Below, piece after piece: positions 1 to 8,688 of a DNA stretch of 64,000 nucleotides. A program made the translations under genes and the position numbers. The stretch comes from Curvularia clavata. Its lineage: Eukaryota. Numbering within the stretch: position 1 is the first letter of the stretch; every line of letters begins with the position of its first letter. The DNA lies in NCBI GenBank assembly GCA_023920165.1, contig CP089280.1:186001-250000 (forward strand). The letters are read 5' to 3'. The notes below the pieces were generated by a model. It was not told the DNA's origin. It saw only the letters and a program-made list of their open reading frames with translations, and ran no database searches.

Positions 1-23
1 TAATTTAGAGCTTGTTATATTAT

Positions 24-58
24 CTATGCGGCTGTGTGGCCGTGCGGCGCTTTTGCCG
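24..58 (+). repeat. Left 35-bp inverted repeat
   Basis: 34/35 reverse-complement match to 5957-5991. Confidence 0.9.
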
Positions 59-297
59 AGCAACTCAGGACACTCGAAAACCAGCTTAGGAGGCAAATTT
101 CGTCTCGCTCGGTCCCGCTACTGCATGCTGTCACTCTATCGTGCGCTCAAAGAACGAACGACACCTGTCGCACCGCAAGATGATTGAATAATTAGCCCGA
201 AAACCGTGCAACCCTATTTGCCTATAAAATGCTACCAAAGCTGTGCTTAAAGACTGCTATTATAATCACATGGCCTTGTAATTACTCTACCTAGTAT

Positions 298-3200
298 CTA
301 GTACTGGCTCATCTCTAGCTTGTCAAGTTCGCTTAATATATCGTCGTCTTCGCAGTCACCGTCGTCAGGCGAAGCGCAGCAAATCCCGCAAAAAGCTCTA
401 CTTCCACCCCATTTCTCACCTGCCCTTGCGCCGAGGATAGATCCGATCAGCGACGCCGCTGTCGGCCGCAGCTTTGATTGTGGATTGACCATGTCTCGCA
501 CCCACTCAAGCGCTGCGTTGTCTGTACTATTGCTAGTTGTCTCAAGCTCTGCAATGAGAGCATCAACACCAGCAAGATTCGTGCGCACATAAGACTGCAT
601 TGACCCGTGCTCCTGGAGAAAGCTGTACATGTCGCGCACCTTTCTGCCTTTCAGCACCACCGTCATCTCAAGAAACACGACTCCCAGGCTCCAGATGTCG
701 GACGACGTGTTTCGAGGCTCTTGGTCGGCGACCTCAGGTGCGCAATATCTTGGAGTCATTCCGTTCACCATGCTGACCGTGGTGCTCCCGTCCCTGTCTG
801 TGAAGTCAAACGCTAGCCCAAAGTCGGTGTACAGCACGTTTCCGCGATGCACTAAGATGTTGCTTGGCTTAATGTCTTTGTGTCTGATGTGCTGCTCGTG
901 CAGGAACTCTAGCGCTCTTGCCAGACAGCCGAAGAAGGTGCGCAGCTCTTGGTGCGTGGCGCTGTCGGCACGATCAAGGTAGGCCGAGAGATCCATGTCA
1001 GCGACAGGAGACATCAGCAGACCCATGTGCTTGGTGTCAGTGTAGCTGCCGACGAACTCTACCACGTGGCGGTGCCTTACGCGCTTCAGGATCTTCATCT
1101 CAGCAGCGAACTGTCGAATGCATTCTGCTTTCCGTCGGTTGTTGTGTGCTCCGCTAAACACAGCGCTCCGCAACACGCGCTTGAGTGCATACTCTCGGTA
1201 ACTGATAGTGCTGAGCACCCAATCGACCTGCCCAAAGCCTCCTGAGCCAAGACGGCCTTTTATCTCTAGCGGAAGAGGCTCGTTTGTCCGGAAGAAGCAA
1301 TGCTGACCTTTTTCGCCTTTCTCAAGATCCACAGACTTGGTCATGACCAGGTTCTGCGCGCCCACGAAACGTGAGCGCTTGCTGGGCAGGACACAAGGCG
1401 GAAGAGTTTGCTCAGTGAAGGGGAACCAGACATCGGAGACACCTAGATCAATAAAGGCGTCGAGAAGCTCTAAACAGCCGATGACCCGTAGAACTACGTA
1501 TGTTCTTGGAACTTTGCTCCATTTCAGATTGATCTGGCCTAAGAGACGAGATACATGCTGAATGTCGGAGTCGGTGTACGCTATCTGTCGTTGGGAGCCC
1601 TCGGCGAAGAAGTCGCCTAGTTGAGACGCGGCTCCTGCGAGGGTCTGGGTTGGGGCAGGCGGCATCTTGGCAGCAACCACCTTCTGCAGAAGCTGTTTGC
1701 TCTCCAGCGTGCGTTTGTGGTCCGCGCCATGCACCTTCTCCCGCTGCTCAGCTACTTGTCGCACCAGCAGCTCGGCCTCTGCGTGCTTGTTCTGGAGGTA
1801 AAGCGTAAGTGCCAGGTAGTGTCTGTTCTCGAGCGTGTCTTCGTGGTCAGCGCCTAGCGACTTCTCTTGCTGCTGGTCTACGTGTCGCAAGAGCTGCTCT
1901 GCCTCTGCATACTTCTGCTGGTCGCAAAGCGTGACTCCCAGGCTGCTCTTGCTCTCCAGCGTGGTTGAGTGCTCAGCGCCTAGTGCGCGCTCCGCCTGCT
2001 CGACCACCTGTCGCAGCAGCAGCTCGGCTTCGTCGTATTTTTGCAGACTACGGAGCGCCCATCCAAAGCTGTGTTTGGTCATCAGTGTTGTGGCACTCTC
2101 AGTGCCTAGCACTTTCTCAGACTGCTCAGCCAAAGGTCGCAGCATCTGCTCCGCCTCTGCGTGCTTCTCTTGTACAAGGAGCAAGCCCGCCAACAAAAGC
2201 TTGCTCTCAAGTATGCCTGCGTGCTCAGCGCCCAACACCCTCTCCCGCTGCTCAACCACTTGTCGCAGCATCTGCTCCACCTCTGCGTGCTTCTCTTGTT
2301 CAAAAAGCGAGCCTGCCAAAAAAAATTTGCTCTCAAGTGTGTCTTCGTGCTCAGCGCCTAGCACCCTCTCCCGCTGCTGCGCTAACTCTCGCAGTATCTG
2401 CTCTGCCTCCGCGTGCCTCTGCTGCTCGCAAAGCGTGACTCCTAGCATGTGCTTACTGTGGAGCGTGTCGACGTGTTCAGCGCCTAGTACTCTCTCCCGC
2501 TGCTGCGCTAACTCTCGCAGCACTTGCTCTGCCTCCACGTACTTCTGCTGCTCGTAAAGCGTGAGTCCTAGCCAGTATTTGCTGTAAAGCGTGTCGACGT
2601 GGTCCGCGCCAGATACCTTCTCCCGCTTTTGTACTAACTTTTGCAGCACCTGCTCTGCCTCTGCGTACTTCTGCTGCTCGTAAAGCGTGAGTCCTAGCCA
2701 GTATTTGCTGTAAAGCGTGTCGACGTGGTCCGCGCTAGATATCTGCTCCCGCTTTTGTACTGACTCTTGCAGCACCTGCTCTGCCTCTGCGTACTTCTGC
2801 TGCTCGTAAAGTGTGAGTCCTAGCCAGTATTTGCTGTAAAGCGTATTGTCATGGTCCGCGCCGAGCACTTTCTCCCGCTGCTGCGCCGACTCTCGCAGCA
2901 TCTGCTCTGCCTCTGCGTACTTCTGCTGCTTGTAAAGCGTGAATCCTAGCCGATATTTGCTCTCAAGCGTGTCGACGTGGTCCGCGCCAGATACCTTCTC
3001 CCGCTCCTGTACTAACTCTTGCAGTACCTGCTCTGCCTCTGCGTATCTCTGCTGCTCGTAAAGCGTGACTCCTAACATGTATTTGCTGTTAAATATGTTG
3101 ATATAGTCTGCGCCGAGCACGTTCTCCCGCTGCTGCACTACTAATAGTTGCAGCACCTGCTCTGCCTCCGCGTACTTCTGCTGCTTGTAAAGCGTGACTC

Positions 3201-3375
3201 CTAGCCAGTATTTGCTGTAAAGCGTATTGTCATGGTCCGCGCCGAGCACTTTCTCCCGCTGCTGCGCCGACTCTCGCAGCACCTGCTCTGCCTCCGCGTA
3301 CCTCTGCTCGTTGTAGAGTCTAACTCCAAGCCAGTACTCTTCTTCCCCGACGCGGTTCTTCTCAAACAACGACAT
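298..3375 (-). CDS. N-terminal TPR-repeat (13 x 42 aa) + C-terminal Ser/Thr protein kinase, 1025 aa, single ORF
   Basis: 42-aa repeats 'LGxTLYxQQKYAEAEQVLxxxxQQRExVLGADHxxTLxSK' (TPR_10/TPR_12 type). Kinase motifs intact: GSGGFG, ALK, HKDIKPSN, DFG, YCAPE, SDIWSLG. Confidence 0.92.
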   Translation of the reverse strand: MSLFEKNRVGEEEYWLGVRLYNEQRYAEAEQVLRESAQQREKVLGADHDNTLYSKYWLGVTLYKQQKYAEAEQVLQLLVVQQRENVLGADYINIFNSKYMLGVTLYEQQRYAEAEQVLQELVQEREKVSGADHVDTLESKYRLGFTLYKQQKYAEAEQMLRESAQQREKVLGADHDNTLYSKYWLGLTLYEQQKYAEAEQVLQESVQKREQISSADHVDTLYSKYWLGLTLYEQQKYAEAEQVLQKLVQKREKVSGADHVDTLYSKYWLGLTLYEQQKYVEAEQVLRELAQQRERVLGAEHVDTLHSKHMLGVTLCEQQRHAEAEQILRELAQQRERVLGAEHEDTLESKFFLAGSLFEQEKHAEVEQMLRQVVEQRERVLGAEHAGILESKLLLAGLLLVQEKHAEAEQMLRPLAEQSEKVLGTESATTLMTKHSFGWALRSLQKYDEAELLLRQVVEQAERALGAEHSTTLESKSSLGVTLCDQQKYAEAEQLLRHVDQQQEKSLGADHEDTLENRHYLALTLYLQNKHAEAELLVRQVAEQREKVHGADHKRTLESKQLLQKVVAAKMPPAPTQTLAGAASQLGDFFAEGSQRQIAYTDSDIQHVSRLLGQINLKWSKVPRTYVVLRVIGCLELLDAFIDLGVSDVWFPFTEQTLPPCVLPSKRSRFVGAQNLVMTKSVDLEKGEKGQHCFFRTNEPLPLEIKGRLGSGGFGQVDWVLSTISYREYALKRVLRSAVFSGAHNNRRKAECIRQFAAEMKILKRVRHRHVVEFVGSYTDTKHMGLLMSPVADMDLSAYLDRADSATHQELRTFFGCLARALEFLHEQHIRHKDIKPSNILVHRGNVLYTDFGLAFDFTDRDGSTTVSMVNGMTPRYCAPEVADQEPRNTSSDIWSLGVVFLEMTVVLKGRKVRDMYSFLQEHGSMQSYVRTNLAGVDALIAELETTSNSTDNAALEWVRDMVNPQSKLRPTAASLIGSILGARAGEKWGGSRAFCGICCASPDDGDCEDDDILSELDKLEMSQY
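1680..3336 (-). repeat. Intragenic tandem array of 126-bp TPR units
   Basis: A ~70-nt identical stretch occurs at 2539 and 2665 (offset 126). A ~80-nt identical stretch occurs at 2820 and 3201 (offset 381 = 3x126+3). Confidence 0.9.
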
Positions 3376-3790
3376 GACTCATTCCAATCGTAAGAAGGGA
3401 GGGACGCTTGGCGACGGATTCGGTCAACTAGGTTCAACACGGTTTGCGCAGAACGTCTTTGAACAAGCATTCTTGTCAGAACGGAGACATAAAGGCAACT
3501 CGTCGTTTCGCACGTGGCTCCGCTAGTTGTGGTGCTGCTCATAGTGGCGTGTGGCTTGTGGCGTGTGTTATGGTGGTCGGGCATGGCGTTGTGCGTGCAG
3601 AAGTGCATGGTCTCGACCTTCAGCTCGCGGGGTCGGGCTGCCGCCACAACAGGAGCAACGCGCAACAAGATCATGTGGTGGACAGGAGTCTCGCCGTCGG
3701 ACTAGGCGAACTCTCATTAGGCCGAAATTCGCAAAGGAAAGATTTGAACGCCTCAGAGATATCCTTTAACAGCCGGAGCAGTTCTTTGTG

Positions 3791-5734
3791 ATGGGGGACC
3801 CGCTCTCGGTTCTTGGCGCTGCCGTTGGCGTGACGTCTCTAATTATCCAGCTCACAGATGAATGCATCAAAGGTCTTGGAACACTGGATGTACGGGATCA
3901 GTGCTAACACTTCACAGGCTTCAGACTCTACAAGAACGCTGTCAATCTGCCGCACACGCACCGCTACCTTCTTGTCCGTCTCCATATTGAACAACAGCGT
4001 TTCCTCCACTTCGCACTGCAAGCTGGCGTCCTGAGCACGGACGGAGCCCTCTGCAGTACGCTTCAGGTCAACCGGTCCCTCTTAGTAGGCGTTCTTGCTG
4101 AGATCAAGACACTGTTCGAGACATACGCAGCGGCCAACGGCAGATATGAAACAATTGGGGCAAAGATGCAGATTGACTGGGACGACCATTTGGAACCGGA
4201 CAATGATCTGATCAGTCTTCTTTGTGTCCCGTCGATTGAAGATGGGCAGACAAAGAAGGATACAAATATAAGCAGGAGAGCAGAGGCCGCCGCGAGAATC
4301 CATCGAATTGGCAGAAACATCTCTCAGGCGGCGAGGAATTTGCGAACGATCATAGTGGAACCGAAACGTCTTTTCTGGGCGGCTGTGGATCACGATTCCT
4401 TCGTGGACCTGATCTCACAGATTGGGAAGCTGATCTCGTTCCTCATCGCACTGCTAGATAGCTCGCAGATTCGGGAACTGCAAAGCTCGGTCGCTACTGC
4501 CTACCTAGAGATCCTGCAGCTTCGCAACGACGTGGGCAGTCTTACGGCCCTTGTCAAAGCGCTATCTCCGGATGTCGGAAGTCAAGAAACTCCCATGAAT
4601 GACGCATTGTCTCAAGCAGTTGCGAGGGAGCAGACGACTCAAGACAAGGGAAAGAGCTATCTTAGGCGCTTGACTCAACTTAAGATACGGCTTACCGCAA
4701 CGAATGAGCTGACTTCCACCGGAATGGCGCCCGACTCTGACGACTTCCTGGATGCACAACTTGCAGTCGCCGATTTCTGTTTCGACGAGGATGTGCCTGC
4801 CAGATGTTCGGTCACGCGCATACACGCCACCTATCGTGGCAAACGCGTCTGGATAGAGTGGAAAAACGCATGGCCCGGCAGTGTCGTATGTCCCAACGAG
4901 GGACAGATCCAGCGGCGGATAAGCCTGCTGACTGATCTTCTGCGCTACAACAAACCGGATGGCTTCAGGGCTGCACCATGTCTTGGGTATATCAAGACTG
5001 TAGACACGGGGGAGGCGACACGCTTTGGCGTCGTTTTCGAGGGACCGTCGGCTCAACGATTTGAGGTCACCACTCTTCGAGACTTGCTTGGTCGGGCCCC
5101 GAAACCTTCCCTCAATGTTCGTATGGCACTTTGTGCAGCCCTAGCGCGTTGTGTACACAGCCTTCATGCGGTGAGCTGGCTGCACAAGGCCTTGCGACCT
5201 GATAACATCGTCTTCTTTACTTCTCAAACATCGAACAACCTGGACAAGCCATTTGTTTCTGGTTTTGAGCTCTCTCGTCCTAGCGACATAGATCAATGGA
5301 GTGAGAAGCCTGAGTTTGACCCTGCCGCAGACATCTACCGTCACCCAAATGCTCAATCTAGTCAAACAGATGGCAATTATCGCAAGTCGTACGACGTATA
5401 CAGCCTGGGTGTGGTGATGACAGAAATTGCACTCTGGAGGCGACTCGAAGACATCTTAGGACTGGAGAATCTCCCGAAAACCAAGCCCTCCCAGCTCCGG
5501 GCAATACAGTCTCAACTCTTAAGAACTGAGGCTGCGTGGCACGCTGGTGTCACTGAGCCTTGTCTTTCCCAAATTGCTTCAGCATGCGGAGATTTCTTAC
5601 GCGATACTGTCGAGCTCTTCCTCGGTAAAGATGCTCATGGCAAACCAGAACTTTCAGGTGTGAGCGTGGAGTCACCGTCTGCGATAGGATTGGATACGGT
5701 AGAGAGGCTGGAACAGATCGCCGCAGCAGTGTGA
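3791..5734 (+). CDS. HeLo (prion-inhibition and propagation) domain + C-terminal kinase-like (pseudokinase) domain; exons 3791-3872 and 3918-5734
   Basis: ATG 3791 gives MGDPLSVLGAAVGVTSLIIQLTDECIKG. A 45-nt intron (3873-3917: GT..GCTAAC..CAG, containing an in-frame TAA) joins to FRLYKNAVNLPHTHRYLLVRLHIEQQRF, in frame with ORF 4166-5734; this is a typical HeLo N-terminus. Kinase-fold motifs: HKALRPDN, SGFELSR, YRHP, YDVYSLG. Confidence 0.85.
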
Positions 5735-5956
5735 CTTGAGTAACTCTTTATAGCTCTGGCACTGTGCTCAGCGAACGCTTTTGCGATCTAATGCGCATTG
5801 ACAATAACTAGCGTATACGCTGTACTTGACATTGCTGAGATGCTAATGCTCACAGCTCGATTTGCCGCATTTCCATACGTATTGCGCAATCACTTGCTGA
5901 TCAAATTCATTATGTCGTTAGAAATCGCAGTCCGTAGATGCAAGAGTTTTTCTGAC

Positions 5957-5991
5957 CGGCAAAAGCGCCGTACGGCCACACAGCCGCATAG
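5957..5991 (-). repeat. Right 35-bp inverted repeat
   Basis: Reverse complement of 24-58 with one mismatch. Confidence 0.9.
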
Positions 5992-6166
5992 CCACAGATC
6001 TAGCGTTAGCATCAATAGATTACAGCTAAGCTGCTTTTAGCTAGATATAATACGGGTTCTCTTTATCTAGCACTTCTAGCAGACGGACTTAGAGCTAGCA
6101 TCGAAGCGCAGTAATCTCTCAAGCTTAGGCGTAGTACTTAGAGTAGGATATTAATATAATAAGCTA

Positions 6167-8021
6167 ACGTAGTTTATAAGCGAGTCGGTCATACAAGCGA
6201 GTCGGTCACCCCTCTAGCTTTGATCACCCACCTTAACTTTACGCGCAATGTCTCTACACCACGCTTCTAAATTAACTTCTCACGAAGGGGATGTTCAGCT
6301 TGTCCTTTCTTCTCTAGATAGTAATCAAATCTAGAGTACCCGACGCGCTACTATAGCCTTCAATGTTCCGAAATCAACACTAATCGACCGACGCGCTGGG
6401 AGGCACGCGCGGCGCGATTGCCAGCCTAATTTAAAGAAGCTATCGCAGCTAGAAGAGCAAGTGATTGCTAGCCATATAATCGATCTCGATCTACGTGGAT
6501 TTGCGTCTACCTATGCTGCTGTGCGAGATATGGCTGATAAGCTGCTGGCTGCGCGCGACGCTGGCCAGGTTGGCGTTTACTGGCCGCGCAACTTTGTCAA
6601 GCGTACAGACAGTCTTACGACGCGTTTCAATCGAGCGTATAATAGGTAGAGAGCCCTATATGAAGATCCGGTCTTAATCAAGAGCTGGTTTGAGCTTGTA
6701 GAGCAGACGAAGGCTAAGTACGGCATCTGCGACGAGGACGTCTACAACTTTGACGAAGCTGGCTTTTTAATGGGCAAGATTACTACTCAGCTTGTCGTTA
6801 CAGCGTCAGAGAGAAGAGGCCATCCAAAGGCTATCCAGCCAGGTGGTCGCGAGTGGGTGACGTTTATCGCTACGATTAACGCAGCTGGCTGGTCTATCCT
6901 ACCATTTCTGATCTTTACTGGCAAGTATCACCTGTCTGCCTGGTACGAGGAGGCAGAAATCCCACGCGACTGGGCGATCGCAGTGAGCAAAAACGGCTGG
7001 ACGACTAATAAGCTTGGAGTTAAGTGGCTAAAGCACTTTATTAAGCATACAGATGGCAAGGTTGTTGGAGCACGCCGGCTACTTATCCTTGATGGCTATA
7101 AGAGCCACCAGTCACTTGAGTTCCAAGAGCTCTGCAAGGAGAACAATATCTACACGCTCTGTATGCCGCCTCACTCGTCTCACCTACTCCAGCCTCTTGA
7201 CGTTGGCTGCTTCTCCCCATTAAAGCGCGCGTATAGCCGTGAGGTAGAGAGTCTAATACGTAACCATATCAACCATATCACCAAGCTCGAGTTTCTACCA
7301 GCGTTTAAGGCAGCGTTCGATCGATCCTTCACGCCAGCCAATATCTGCTCAGCTTTCCGAGGCGTAGGTCTTATTTCTCTCCAGCCAGATACTGTTCTAT
7401 CAAAGCTTGACGTACAGCTACGTACGTCTACTCCTCCAGCTGCTCTCGCGGAAGCTCTCTAGCAGCCCTATACGCCGAGCAACATACGCGAGCTTGAAGC
7501 TCAATCAACGCTAATAAGTAATCGCGTTCGACAGCATAAGAGCTCTTCGCCAGCTTCAATTATCGCAGCAATTGATCAGCTTAAGAAAGGCGCGCAAGTA
7601 ATAATACTATCGGCTGAGCTAATGCGCGATCAGATCACTAGTCTTTAGAAGGCTAATGAGCTAGCATCAAAGCGTAGACAGCGTAAAAGAAAGCGAATAT
7701 AGAAGCAAGGAGTACTCACAAAGGGAGCTGGCGAGGATATTATCGCTCAACGCGATGCTGATAAGCAGATTGCTCATGAAGAGCGTCAGGGAGGAGAGCG
7801 ATTAGGTGTCAGCGGCCGGGCTCTTGCGCGCTATAGTAGATGCAAAAAGACTGGCCATAACTCGCGTACATATAAGAAAGATACTCTAGATAGCAATTAA
7901 TCTACTATCTTAATATCTGTCAAAACTATCTATATGTGGTGGAGCTACACGCTTGTAAAGGTGCGCAAAGTTAGTAGGGTGACCGACTCGCTTGTATGAC
8001 CGACTCGCTTATAAACTACGT
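6167..8021 (+). mobile_element. pogo/Fot1-type Tc1-mariner DNA transposon, 1855 bp, inactivated
   Basis: Perfect 45-bp TIRs ACGTAGTTTATAAGCGAGTCGGTCATACAAGCGAGTCGGTCACCC (6167-6211 / 7977-8021) with internal direct repeat AAGCGAGTCGGTCA. TA target duplication at 6165-6166 and 8022-8023. Confidence 0.97.
6248..7900 (+). pseudogene. Fot1/pogo DDE transposase pseudogene
   Basis: One reading frame from ATG 6248 to TAA 7900 with HTH/CENP-B, NFDEAG, LILDGYKSH and PPHSSHLLQPLDVGCF motifs. In-frame TAG stops at 6332, 6647, 7460 and others. C-terminal zinc-knuckle Cys changed to Tyr. Consistent with RIP-type transitions. Confidence 0.93.
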
Positions 8022-8132
8022 TACTAGCTAAAGTAAAATAGTTGTATAACGCTTAACTATACTAAATGTTGATATTACACGGTAAGCAGAAACTATTTCT
8101 AAAAGCTGTTAAGAGAGAATATATCTTATAAC

Positions 8133-8247
8133 TGTCAGAAGCTCAGCCCTGTGCCACTGGGCCACTGCAACCAAAAAGGTACGAGTAATCAGCGTTCTGC
8201 TGATGCTCTGCACAGGATAGTATATATAGTCAGCGCAGCGCCTGACA
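8133..8247. mobile_element. Probable short solo LTR (115 bp)
   Basis: Begins TGTCAG and ends CTGACA; flanked by 5-bp near-TSD ATAAC/ATAGC; internal TATATATA. Confidence 0.5.
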
Positions 8248-8688
8248 ATAGCTTAAGGCTCCTATTCTGAGAATATCTATTCTTCTAACTGGTTGTTGAG
8301 TTTGTTATATTGGGCAGTGTCTGTGGCGTCCCGCCACGCAGGGTGTCCCGTTACCTGGGGATGGACGTTATTTAGTTTCTTAATCCCTATGGTTAGCAGT
8401 TCTAATGTCGGTTGGTTTTTTTGTACCCACACCAGCGCCCCGGCTAGGAGCCCGCCCAACCGCAGAGAAGAGAGAACTGATTGATGGAAGGAAGGGGAAT
8501 ATTGCACAATATATAACTATACGTAGTATGAAATCGTTTGCTACGCGGACTGTTATGTGAGGGCTTTTGACGCGAGGGCGTTTGCTATGGGGGCTACCGC
8601 TCTTTCGACGACACTGTTCGTAGGCAGCCACACATGGCATTATTCATTCCTCTAAAACTATGCTTTCCATTTTAACACCCACAGCCCA

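Larger units (their letters stand above)
24..5991. mobile_element. Putative non-autonomous TIR-bounded cargo element (~5.97 kb) carrying two divergent genes and no transposase
   Basis: 24-58 CTATGCGGCTGTGTGGCCGTGCGGCGCTTTTGCCG is the reverse complement of 5957-5991 CGGCAAAAGCGCCGTACGGCCACACAGCCGCATAG (34/35 match). Both outer flanks are AT/TA-rich. The TSD is ambiguous; TA is possible if the ends are TGCGG..CCGCA. Confidence 0.65.

Noticed and set aside
13..23. Left flank GTTATATTATC versus right flank GCCACAGATC as a mutated long TSD
   Set aside because: Only a partial match even allowing C>T changes; not supportable.
1835..2557. 240-aa Cys/Ser-rich plus-strand ORF
   Set aside because: Antisense shadow of the TPR array.
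298..5734. Amyloid signalling motif (HET-s/PP/sigma type) linking the two genes
   Set aside because: No N/Q/G-rich pseudo-repeat was seen at either protein's termini.
6167..6211. Short direct repeats AAGCGAGTCGGTCA that could suggest CRISPR or iterons
   Set aside because: They are internal repeats of pogo TIRs in a eukaryotic sequence; there are no spacers.
1..8520. Starship or other giant element
   Set aside because: No tyrosine recombinase captain or defined boundary is visible; sequence left of the window is unknown.
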